The notes under the pieces were generated by a model. That model was not told the DNA's origin, did no database searches, and saw only the letters and a list, made by a program, of their open reading frames with translations. This document shows positions 11,084 through 21,700 of a DNA stretch of 50,960 nt, piece after piece (positions within the stretch are counted from its first letter, which is position 1; each line of letters begins with the position of its first letter). Both the position numbers and the translations under genes were made by a program. The DNA comes from Phoronis australis. Taxonomy: Eukaryota; Animalia; Phoronida. The stretch lies in contig NMRA01000111.1 of NCBI GenBank assembly GCA_002633005.1, positions 1-50,960 of the forward strand. Reading direction: 5' to 3'.

Positions 11084-13902
11084 TGCGTGCGTGCGTGCGT
11101 TTACACATTTAAATTGTTGTAATGCATAATCTATATTTCAGAGACTGTCATATCTATGTTTTGCATGGACATTAATTAGGGCATAAATACCAATGTTGGT
11201 GTTGCTGCTACTATTTAAGGGACACAACCAGTTTTTTGGCTGGAAACAATTTTTTGGGATTATTGCTAAAGGTATAGACTTCTTAAGGTTTTTTAAGCTT
11301 TCATCAGAGGTGTTGTTTTTGTGGTTTTTAGGCACTCACATAATTGTATGGAGGTGCATTGTGCTGTCATCTCTGTCGTTGCCACTCGCAATGATTTTCA
11401 GAACTCTGACTTGGGTGACACTTGCTATGTCATTTTTTTGCATCCACAGATGAATCTCGTGAACCCCTTGCAAAAACTTTTTACAATTTGGCAAGTGTAT
11501 TTATATAAAAGTGGATGTTTATGAAATTTGTCATGTAAGTTTCTACCATGTAGTCAACAGCAGCAGCCCTGTTTCCGATGGATTTGACCAATGTTGCGTC
11601 ACCCAGTGGCCTTTCTGTTGTTTTTATGTACATTGTCGTCTGCCTCGCTATTTTTCAAACCTCTTGAACAATGGTGATGAAAGCTGACATGTGTTTTCCC
11701 ATTGAGGAAAGCATTTCTTACTCGCTTTGCTTCTGCTAAAGGGTATTATTGTGTTTTCTAACGTTGCTCATTTATTGGGAATGTTTAAAATAATGGTCAT
11801 CTCCAATATCTGTGCTTTATGTGATGCACGTGGTGGGTGCATATCATTGCTCTGCATTTTTTATGCATATGGTGGGTGCATATCATTGCTCTGCATTGTT
11901 CTTGTAATTAAATATCACCAATTCTCGTTGTTGTCTGCAAGACATTTCTTGAAATCAGTACCATTTAAATGCGGTTGAAATACTCTGCCATTTTTTGAGT
12001 GAGATTTAGCTCTGCCATCAGAGTATTAGATTCCAACTTGCAGGTGTGCACTGAGGCTGTTGTCTGAAAATCACCGCTGATGTCAAATTAATTACTATTC
12101 GTTACAGATATACTTCAAACAATTTTTACAAAGCAACATGTACTACAAGTACATGACTGAAATGGTGAACACAGCACAGAATATTTCTGAATTCCCACAA
12201 ATCAGGAAGAGACGCGAAGGTAAAAGACAATTGATTTTACTTCACCTACTTTATGAAATAAATAACATGCCAAGTAAAAGAGAATGTAATTTATCAAAAT
12301 ATTTCTCTCGAACCTATAATTGACTTTTTAATTGTACTAATCTAATTTTATTCAAAATATTTGGGTGTCACTATTTATTCCTTTTGACATTGGGAAGTGT
12401 TTGAAATGTCTTAAATTTCAAACTCCAGTTTAGTAACTAAGTGTTGTTTGATTATTTTGCAGGTTCGTTTGACTCAGACTCCCAAAGTATAAGCAGCCAA
12501 AAAAGTGCTGACTGTGATGCTGTCAAGAAGACCACTGACAATGATGCCATTCGTAACACCCTGCTAGCTGCCGGTTCGGGGTCAAATCCTCTCATAAAAA
12601 AGGTTGTAGACAGGCTAAATGATGAAAGGATGGATGGGGACTTCCTGTTCTCTGACACGCCTTTGTGGAAACGAGATCAGGCTGGGTGAGTGCTTGAGGA
12701 GGCTGGATATTGGCAATGTCTTCTACAACCTGTTCTGACTTATTGCGTTAACAAGTTTGAATTCCTTCTTGATGAGTTTGGATTACTCGTGCAACCTCTC
12801 TAAAGTACAGACACAGACTTGCGAATATGTCGATGAATTTTGTAATTAATTCCTGTCAATTTTATGCTTTAGAGATCATTGGAGTTTGTTTATGAAACAC
12901 TCAAAAAACTTAGCCATCACCAAACTGTTTTTCCTTGAGACAGATAGCTTCCATTATTACACATTTTAAGTAAGATCAACTTTTTAAGTATTCTTACATG
13001 AAAATTTAGTCTTCTTGAAGCACTTTATAAGTATTTTTTATTAAAAATTATTCTTCTCTCTGCACAGGAAGATGTCATTTGGTCGCATCAATGAATTTGG
13101 TCAATTTGAGTCGGAGATTGCTCCAGGACCTGAAACAAAGAAAGGTGGGAGTGGTGACATGTTTTAAAAACAAATAGATTTCTTTTACTCAAATATTTTA
13201 TTTTTAAAACCCTAATTGGTTTTATGTACATAAAGGTGTAAAAATGGGAGAGGAGTACTTCTGAAACCATTTTTCTGAAGTTTTTTGTTTGTTTATATTA
13301 TGACTTGTGTGATGTAGACAGTTGGTGAAATTGCTTTTGCATTATATTCAGGTTCTTAGTCACACTGTTGCGTCCATTCATTTCAAATACCAAGCTAAGA
13401 GGTCTAGCATTGCCTGCCGACATAGTCTGCAGTTAAACCCTAGTCTCCTGAATGGCTGTCTGGAGCTTAAACTACAAATGTGGCCTTTCATTTTCCTTGT
13501 GTCGATTTTGTGTCAACAACACGGTACTGATTCATGGGGGTCTGAACTGAAAATATTAATGTATACCTTCTGCGTTTCCGTTCTTCATCAATAGTGGGTC
13601 AGGCCTTTACCAAACTATCGTCACTGAATTATCACATCACGAAATAGGAAATTGAGATTGTAGTTCTGAGTAATCATTGCATTGCATGCTGGGTAGTTTG
13701 TTTGAAAATCAATGACTGAGTGCGCTGAAGAACGTTTTGTTGTACAGGCTCCAGGTTCGGTAAAAAGAAGAAAGAAAAAGATCGTTCTCAAGAGGACATG
13801 GCTTGGCAGATAGCTCAGATTGTGATAAATGATGTGACTAGTGTAACTCTAAAGACTAGTGATAGTTGTACGTCAACAGAGGCTGAGTCATCAGGCTCAT
13901 GA
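1161..13902 (+). CDS. AKAP10: A-kinase anchor protein 10 (D-AKAP2), complete spliced CDS, 13 exons, ~655 aa
   Basis: Exons 1161-1185, 4348-4446, 6208-6318, 7012-7587, 8890-8988, 9280-9364, 9756-9879, 10332-10468, 10688-10832, 12108-12219, 12463-12685, 13068-13144, 13748-13902. All are GT-AG and phase-consistent, totalling 1968 nt. Peptides match vertebrate AKAP10 as I recall it: MPFFKKR (cf. MSFFRRK), SIERDAVSIYSKYI, ICGEDGHVDPLCF, YFSLQASEPLGFDD..ESNICREGGPLPDCF, KMSFGRI, QEDMAWQIAQIVINDV (PKA-binding helix). Confidence 0.95.
1771..2603. mobile_element. Degenerate element with imperfect inverted ends, spans the N gap
   Basis: atttatccacctt...gaggataattg (1776-1867) mirrored by caattattcac...aaggtggataaat (2541-2599). 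Confidence 0.4.
2487..2540. other. Assembly gap (54 N)
   Basis: Run of N. Confidence 1.
3590..3770 (+). repeat. Dispersed repeat fragment with subterminal hairpin (Helitron/Helentron-like MITE end)
   Basis: aaatttcatgatgattggac motif and hairpin cttggcgaaat-ctc-atttcaccaag (3737-3761). Confidence 0.4.
3941..4320. mobile_element. Palindromic Penelope-like retroelement remnant (inverted terminal repeats plus tail)
   Basis: 125-bp arms at 3941-4065 and 4163-4287 with 5 mismatches; 33-nt unpaired tail at 4288-4320; AAAATAGAA at both 3930-3938 and 4321-4329; stem-loop plus GAAAC motif. Confidence 0.65.
4348..4446 (+). CDS. AKAP10: AKAP10 exon 2 (AKQSKDQSQ...PNADI)
   Basis: T-rich acceptor ...aacag, donor G|GTAAGT, open frame, phase 1-1. 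Confidence 0.75.
6208..6318 (+). CDS. AKAP10: AKAP10 exon 3 (GLPTDLL...MGDL)
   Basis: ttgcag acceptor, G|GTATT donor, phase 1-1, open frame. Confidence 0.72.
7012..7587 (+). CDS. AKAP10: AKAP10 exon 4 (start of RGS domain 1 plus Ser/Thr-rich insert)
   Basis: SRLSKSLMEVI...LIQYME...IKFYLDAESF, within ORF 6930-7610. Confidence 0.9.
7690..8574. repeat. Dispersed repeat family A (internal subrepeats with GCGCCMYCTAGTGGC motif)
   Basis: Shares gattttcatgaaatttgg and gcgcc..ctagtggc motifs and the end gtgggtgcat...ttgc.ct.gtt with copies at ~11440-11906, 15330-16293 and 45790-46338. Confidence 0.65.
8890..8988 (+). CDS. AKAP10: AKAP10 exon 5
   Basis: SIERDAVSIYSKYIALDCSHPIGISEALRN; tttcag acceptor, gtaag donor. 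Confidence 0.92.
9280..9364 (+). CDS. AKAP10: AKAP10 exon 6
   Basis: KICGEDGHVDPLCFVDCQKFVVEVMDK; tttcag acceptor, gtgagt donor. Confidence 0.92.
9756..9879 (+). CDS. AKAP10: AKAP10 exon 7
   Basis: YYPDFLKSEYYCKVIIDILTSGKVYLADVLYNDTAMFYFTE. Confidence 0.92.
10332..10468 (+). CDS. AKAP10: AKAP10 exon 8 (RGS domain 2)
   Basis: YMEQEGAMGLIQFWMGVDNFQQHL...AQTDAMVLYD. Confidence 0.92.
10688..10832 (+). CDS. AKAP10: AKAP10 exon 9
   Basis: YFSLQASEPLGFDDSVRFQVESNICREGGPLPDCF. Confidence 0.93.
11027..11100. repeat. (GT)n plus (GCGT)n compound microsatellite
   Basis: Direct reading. Confidence 0.97.
11440..11906. repeat. Repeat family A copy, with local 28-bp duplication (11831 and 11870)
   Basis: gcgtcacccagtggcc; tggtgggtgcatatcattgctctgcatt twice. 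Confidence 0.5.
12108..12219 (+). CDS. AKAP10: AKAP10 exon 10
   Basis: IYFKQFLQSNMYYKYMTEMV...; ttacag acceptor, gtaaaa donor. Confidence 0.9.
12463..12685 (+). CDS. AKAP10: AKAP10 exon 11
   Basis: SFDSDSQS...DTPLWKRDQAG; ttgcag acceptor, gtgagt donor. Confidence 0.88.
13068..13144 (+). CDS. AKAP10: AKAP10 exon 12
   Basis: KMSFGRINEFGQFESEIAPGPETKK (cf. KMTFGRV..LGQF). Confidence 0.9.
13748..13902 (+). CDS. AKAP10: AKAP10 last coding exon (PKA-R binding helix, stop)
   Basis: QEDMAWQIAQIVINDV...ESSGS*; TGA at 13900-13902. Confidence 0.9.
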
Positions 13903-15219
13903 CAGGTGGGTTTATTGTGCACGTACTTCTGTGTTGTCTGGCCTAGTTAGATGGCATTTGGATCATTACAGGTTTGCTTTTAATGAGTTTATTGCTGACA
14001 TAAAATGGGTCTAGGCTGATTGCTGGACGGAAAGCAGTTGATATATAGATATTCTGAGAATTTAATGAATCTGCTGTTGCAGTAAAACTTTTGTTCATGT
14101 AGCACGACTGTAGAAAAATGTACAAACTTGGCTAAATTTTTAATTCCATATCTCAGAATGGCTGATCTTTCAGAAAGTATGCTTTATGTAGTGTTCTCTA
14201 GTAATTGTTTATAAAACGCTCCACTTTTGCAAGTGGGGTTATTGAAAATGAAACTTTTATTTGGATTTTCCTGAAAAATCTGAAGTTGTCAAAACAAAAT
14301 AATAATAATAACAGTGTTTTTAAGATTTCATTTTGAACATGTGAATCAAAATTTGGTCTTGTTGTCAACAACGTTGTTTTGCTATGAATGTACCTTTCTT
14401 TCATGCTAAATTTTACTTAAAACACGTGGTTACATGATCCAATTTATGCCAGATTGGCAACAAGTCAAAAATTTGTACAGGCTTTCTAATAATGTTCATA
14501 GGGTTTGATGGGCAAATAGTTCTATAAGTTATGAATGAAATTGTTTTGCAGACTGCACTGTAACTGTACAGCCAAATATTTTGTTGGACTAATTGATTTT
14601 TTAATTTTTAATTTTTTACATTTTTATTTTCAGTCATAGGCAATGGTTTGGACACGGTTTCCTCCTTCAAGAAGAGTTGATGAATGAGATGCAATGAATA
14701 GTTTCAAATTGGCATAATAATACTGAAATTGAGTAGTTGTGCAAGCCTTCTGTTGTTAGCCATGGGTTTGTGTAATTACATTACATGGCTAGGGGTTGTT
14801 GACAGTAGAGCAATCTTTGTTATCTGGCATATGGGTGTTGCAGTTTGCCTGGTGTCGAACTGATTAAGTTTATAAACGGGGACGCAGTTCTATTGAAAAG
14901 TGAGCAAAGCCATATGATTTTCTTGGGGTAACGAAGTTTGAGCAATTGCTATGAGATTTGATGGAAATCAGTAATGGGGACTTTGTCAATGTTGAAGTCG
15001 GTATTAAAGAGAAACAATACTGTCTAATGTATTTGTTGCAAATATACAGCTAGTTTTAAAGACAAAGTTCAATGAAGCAGAACTCAAATTTCAACAAATG
15101 TGCTGGTACTGATCTCGATTCTTATTAGGTTTTATGAACATTAAACTGTGCTCAGTGAAGACACTATTCATTGTGATGCAGTTTCACTAAGTAAGGTTTA
15201 TGAGAAGTGAAAACTGGTA

Positions 15220-15286
15220 AATAAAGTGCTTTAGACTGAACAGTGTAGTCACTGTGGAATGACATGGTTTCAAGTAATGCAATAAA
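15220..15286 (+). terminator. Candidate AKAP10 polyadenylation signals
   Basis: AATAAA at 15220-15225 and 15281-15286, followed by GT/T-rich sequence. Confidence 0.4.
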
Positions 15287-15329
15287 ATACACAACATGTT
15301 GTGCAGGTATTGTTTCTTAGAGTCAAGTC

Positions 15330-16293
15330 AAGATGCCTTTTAATTGTGCAATGGTTGTCCTGGTAACTGTCAAACTGTTTCTCAGGAATGTGGATCGAGA
15401 TGTTTTGTGATCTCCCTGTTTTTCCTGCCCCCACATATACTCATGTGGTGGCACATTGCCGTCATCTCTGTCTGGGCGTTAGTTGCTGTATCTTTTAGAT
15501 TCCTTGTAAGTTCTAAATTAGTGTATTCCTACGGAGCTGATAACTGGTGATGCTGAGTTTCAGACGGATCCAAATATTGCTGTGCCCCCTAGTGGCCATT
15601 TTTTAGTATTTTCATGTGTTATTGGTGTCTGCCTCTCAAATTGCTAAATCGCTCTATGAATGATTACGAAAATTGGAGTGAAGTATTGCCGACGTTAAAT
15701 TTTGGTCTGATTTGCTGTCGAGTTTCCACGTCAAAATTTTAGTTTTCTTTGAATGTATGATGGTATTGAGGAGAGCGCGGCTGCAGTTGGTTTTCTGAGA
15801 GTTCTATTATATGGTATGGTAATGGTTACATTGGCTATAATTATTTTTCTTGTGGCTGCTGCAGTAACTACCAAGTTCCTTGATGTATTTGAATACAGGG
15901 AGAGCACAGCTTGTGTTTATTTTTTTATGGCTACTGTGCTGCCTCTTTGTGGCAATTATGGCATTCTTTGCGTCAGCCTCAATATCAAGTTCTTTGTGAA
16001 CTTCGGCGTGTGGGTTTCTATAGAGGAAATGACAGTTGATGTTGATTTTTTAGCTGAGTTAGCTGCTGTGGCGCCCTCTAATGGGAAATTGTCATTGCGT
16101 GTGCCTCAATATTTTCCAAGTTCTTTGATGGTTCTTCATGAAATTTTATCTAATGAGGAGAGCACAACTGTTGTCCATTTTCAAATGGATCCGACTACTG
16201 TGCAAGTATTTAAAAAACAAACACGACCCCTTATATCTTCACTGTTTGCAATGCACGTGATGGGCACATATCTATGCTTTGCATTACTCTTGT
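15330..16293. repeat. Repeat family A copy (intergenic, between the AKAP10 and MKS1 3' ends)
   Basis: gtgccccctagtggcc 15582-15597, gcgccctctaatggg, terminal gggcacatatctatgctttgcattactcttgt. Confidence 0.6.
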
Positions 16294-18498
16294 ATTTCAC
16301 TGTATTTTACTTTGAACCCTGAGCAGTGAATGGTCAAATTGATCAAGATAACGATTCCATCCATCCAAGTTAGATTTCTCCATTCAAAAGATCGCTTACT
16401 TTCATTTCTTTCTGGGGTAAATTTGAGTGAATGAATGTGGTAAGGAACTCTTTGAAGCGAGTGTCCAAGAAACAGTTGATGTGGTAAGACTTGGTAAAAT
16501 ACCTTAACAAACTGCACGTTAGTCATGAATTGCTGAAAATGTTTTGAGGTGAGAAGTGGAAGTGAACTGGAAGCTCAGTGGTGCCAAGCCAACAACTTGA
16601 AAGGGTGTAATATTAATGTTGATAGGTAATGCTGGAAATACAACTTATTTGTGCTCTGCAACCATAAGGTCACAGTGAGGTTATACGTGTGGGTAGGTGC
16701 ACAGGTGGGATACATTTAATAACCAAATTTGGTTTTACCTGTTAACAAATAAACTGATGATGTTTTAGAAATTGATATTTTGCCTTTTTGATTGGTAAAG
16801 GTGTTTTGTGAGAACTTTTGTATGTAGTTTAGCCCAAAGAAAATAACTTGATAATCGAGCCACTTCAGCAGGTCACATAACATTTACCATGGAGCAGACC
16901 GCTTACCACAAGAGTGGTGTGCACGAAGTCCTTGCTGCGTATTGCAAACTCATATAAAAAGCAAAGAAACCTTACCACAGAAGTTGAGTAACAACCACTC
17001 ACCAGCCCAATGACATGCGCTGTTGGATTTTTGTGTAAAAGCTTGGAGTTATTCATGGTACTTTTGCAGTACACGGCATTTTGTAGAGTGGTAAGGTTTC
17101 CGTTCTGTGGTAAGGATTCAATTAGGACACCTTAATATGTATTTTTGCCACAAAAATGTTTGCCAAAAAGTAATTCACTAAAACCTGTGGTTCATTGAGA
17201 GAAGTGCAGGGATCTGCACGAGGGCATATCGGATTGTATTGAAACTTTATCAAGAAATATAGTTGGAAAAAATAAACTTGAAACTCCAGAATGCACTTAA
17301 TTCTGAAGTTTTAATTTTGTTTACGTTGATAGACTTCAGTCTGCTTGTTTTGCTCACTGATCGAAGATACCGTCAAGTACTCAAGGTTGTTGATTTGAGA
17401 TATTTATAGTATAATTTGTTATCATCTGTACAAATTGTTGACTGATAAATAAATGCCACTGTGATTGACTTATTAACGAGCATTCTTTCATGTTTTGTAA
17501 CACTCAAATCCAGTAAGTACATAAATCTAATGATAATTCTTGAATATTTTACTGAAAAATATGAACAACGACATTATGATACACTATACTTAACAATAAT
17601 TTTCAGCAAATATAAATTAATCTTGGTATTGCATGCCAGTTGCAAATGTACATAATAATGCGTCACACACAGTTTCGGACGGATTTCTTATCTGAATTAT
17701 AGATCGTACAAAAGTAGATAACAATACGTTTGTATCACCTTTTAGGTGAAATAAAACATCAGTTACTTGTTGGCACACAAAAGCTACCTAGTAAATAAAA
17801 CGCTGAGCTTTAAATTTGCACCTGAGATTCACTTTCATAACGATAACTGTGGCAGGCCAATTTTTTTCATCCATTTCCATTAAATCAATATGCTCGTCTA
17901 TGCCTTGGGTGACACATGTATGATTTCAGCAGCACATATAAATAACCTATGAATGTAGGGAAAGTTAAAATGGCAGTAAACACTGATTGATCTAAACAGA
18001 AGTCGCACCAACCACCTCATTTGACCAAACGTCCTCACAAAAGACTCCATAATTCATGAGGCACTAAGAAACGTTTTTTGGATTAGCCAATCAATAACCA
18101 ATGCCATACAACCTGTATCTTCTGACAGTCTACATTTTCTCAATAACGTACAACAGTACTATGAACAACACGCGTTCTTATTAAGCATATCTATGTGCAT
18201 GCTTGGAACTCAAGCTTACATAAGCCAGTGACCCAATTGCGAGTTTCTCAAAAGAGCGGGGGAAGTGGGCCAAAGTCGCGGTGTGTGGACAACCTTGCGA
18301 ACGGTATGTGGAACCGCACCTGTAAGAGGTCTTACAAACCTCTGGCAAACTGCAAATGTGCGAAACAGTCTAGCACCATGACAAAAACAAAGGCAGGACA
18401 AAAATGTATCCTGCAAAAGGTTTATCGGCTTTCACTTGAGTTAAGATGACAATAAAGTGTACCCAACGGTATCGTTATTGTAACGAGGAAGACAATCA

Positions 18499-18701
18499 TC
18501 ACTCCACCCTGTGGACAGCTGTTTTGACAGAATCATCAAGTTTGGACGTCTCCTTAATTGTCACCTTTACTGAAGACTTAATGCCTTTCTTGCTACTTGG
18601 AGTTTCTTTCTCCCTCACTTTCACATTCATCTTCTCTTCAAAGTCTGTTATGGCATTCTCTCTAGCAGCTCTCATCCTAGTCCTAGCTCGATGGAAGGCA
18701 T
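18499..18701 (-). CDS. MKS1: MKS1 last coding exon
   Basis: [14 protein letters not shown]...HRVE*. Confidence 0.9.
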
Positions 18702-21700
18702 CTGGCAATATCAAAATGAATTGTAATTTCCATGGTAAGTGCTCATGAATTTGATATTACAAATAGCAAACAATTGAGATTATGAAAACTATGCACATGA
18801 TAGGAGAGTTTAACTGCTGTTGCCTGTCTTAAGTTCTATTTTCTTTTTCTTTTATGAAAAATCAATAAATTCTTTTTTTAAAATTATTTATTGATAAGAC
18901 CACAAACAGTTGCTGATCTATTCACATAGGATTCACCATAATACATAAGCAAGTATAAGGGACATTCAATTTCTAAGTTCATTTATTGATGTGAAATAGA
19001 ACCATGAGGTTCTAAATTTCGCAAAATTGACATTTTTCTGGTTCGTAGTTATTTTTAAGCCTTGATTGCATAAAATTAGAGGCCAGGGGCCTGTTCCAAG
19101 AAAACTGACCTAGCTAAGATGAATCTTAAATCTCAGCCAATTATAACACAAAACTTAAATTTGTCTCAAAACCATTTCAAGAAACATATTTTAAAAGGAT
19201 TTTAATTCCTAATTTAAACTTATCATCATTTTGTCACCTGCTAATGCTGGTGTCAATCTTGAAAGATGAAATCGGGAATTGGCTGCAAACTCCTATTCCC
19301 TAAGTCAGGGATTAGATGTTATGGTTCTAAGTGAGGGGTCTTTCCCCACAATTGTTGTGCAAACCACTAAAAAGGTAGGTCATGGTTGCCTGTTTAGCAG
19401 GCTTTGAAACCATTTTCCTCTAAACTTTTGAGGGTTGCAGAGGTTTACAGGGCATTATTTTCTTTCAGAGAATTGGATAGGAACATCATTTTTAATATCT
19501 GTTAATTGGCCAAAACTGGGTTTGGCATCCTTTCAAGTTTGACTTGATATTTTTACTTAAGCTTTGTCTTAATTTTGATCAATATCTTAACTGATGTGGA
19601 AGTTTCAAAGTTTGGAAGTTGAGCCAAATCTTAGACTTCAGTGAAGACAAACTTAAAGTCAATTTCTTGGAACGGGCCCCCGTTTTGTGCATAAACATTG
19701 TGTATATCAATAATATTTAATTTGCAAAACCAAAACAGTATTTTAAAGTTATCTAACACTGTTATAATAATCAGAGAACCACTGAGCCCTTACAGAATTA
19801 CAGAAACCTTTTGTGAAATGATTGAACAAGAAGAAATGGCGTCAATATTTCTGGAACCAATCCACAAAATGTACAAGCATCAAAATCTGAGATTCTAATT
19901 TTACAACATGTTATTATTTCAAATGAACTTTTATCATGGAAATGAACAATTAATAAGAAAAATAAATTGTGCAGGGTTTCAGGTAGCCTTGTGAAAGAGC
20001 TCACAGATATGTCAAGTTTAGGGTATACCTGAATGGCCTTGCATGACTTGACTTCATCTAATCTGGCTTAGGTACACCCCAAACCATTTTGGGTGTACTC
20101 AAAATTGTGTTTGTGTATTCAGCTCTCAGGCTCTGAGTACACCCCAAATCATTTTGGGTGTACTCATANTGTACAAGCATCAAAATCTGAGATTCTAATT
20201 TTACGTACATAAGAATTTGTACGTAGAATTCTATGTAATATAACTTGGAAATATCTGAGATGGACGTTAGTACAAACATTCATCATGTTAAAATAAATAT
20301 CTGTCCAAATTAAAGTTTTGTTACAAACGTCAGCCTTAGAGGCTCATTTACGCAGTGGGATTTTAGTGTTACATAAACTGTTTGGTAGAGGTCATGTATG
20401 CATCACAATGTCAAGGTGGCACATAACTCTGGACAGCACATTGGTTACCAAGGTCCTCCAAATTGTTTTAGACTACTGCATACTTAAGTCATGATTTGCA
20501 TGCCGACTTTTGCAAAGCATGTGGTATTGAATTTTTAAACCATGTGTGACATGTTTATCCTTTAGTATGAATAAACAGGTGTAATTTTTGTCGTTAATGG
20601 CCTCTTATAATTTGTCTTGAGAAGGTCTCCTGTACACATGGCAGTGATCTCCAAAAGGAGAGGTTGATAAAAACATGCTGCAAACTGTGATTGGTATTTA
20701 GCTCTCTCACATGGTATCATCTAAAGAGGGTGTTTTGCTCTCTCAGGTATTGTGTCAATTTCTCATTTGAGTATTCCACTCTGTAATATCTCTGTGGTAA
20801 CAGTGGTAAAGAAAAGAAGCGAGGTGGGCACAAGCAGTACAGCTTGTGTGAATCAATAACGAAATAACAACACCTGGCAGGTAAAAGTGGTCGTCTGTGG
20901 TTGATTGTGCTGTTGGCCATACTAAACAACTAATGTATGCATAAACCAAGTCAATGGGTCAAATTTCAACAGCGACATGCAAACTTACCCAAAACTCCTA
21001 ATATAGAACTTTGTCGACTTGCACCACTGCAAAGAGAACAAGAGTAAGTGTGGCTAGTCAAATCACAAGAATTAAGATGTTCACTCTGAAACATCCTGCA
21101 GTGTGACTGTACTCAACGTGCAGCTAATGTAAGCAAGTGTAGGAAGCTTAATTAGCTATTGGACCATAAAGTGTATGGTAATAAGCATCAGGATCAACTT
21201 GGATTTTCCACATTAGCCAGGGGGCTGAACCTGGATTTGCAAGATAATTTTTTTCTTTGCCGTTTCATGTAGCCTAGGGTTAAGTAATTATGATTTAGGG
21301 GGGTGATCGTTTGCAACCCTTGAGCAAAATATGGGCGCCATTAAGCAATTTTTGCTAATAATTTCCATATCAAGTACTGCAGGCATATTATTTTGATCTT
21401 TTCAACCATGTTTCCTTGGTTAACGAATTTAATAGTGAAAGTCTTTTGGTGGATACATTGTCAATTTGCATAATTTATGCAAATTATGGCTGCCAATATT
21501 CAAAATTCTTCTTGTGCTTATAGCTACCGTAATATTTGCACCTATATTGTTATAGTCAATTTGCACATTGTCCCATGATAAATTTACATAATTAATGCAA
21601 ATTAAGGCCGCCATTATTCAAAATTCTACTTGTGCTTATAGCTGTGGTACCAAGCACCACAGGTAAACTATCATAATATTTGAACCTATGTTCCTATGGT

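Noticed and set aside
15753-16322. 189-aa hydrophobic ORF that looks like a membrane protein
   Set aside because: It lies wholly inside a copy of repeat family A. The hydrophobicity reflects T/G-rich composition, and there is no recognisable domain or promoter context.
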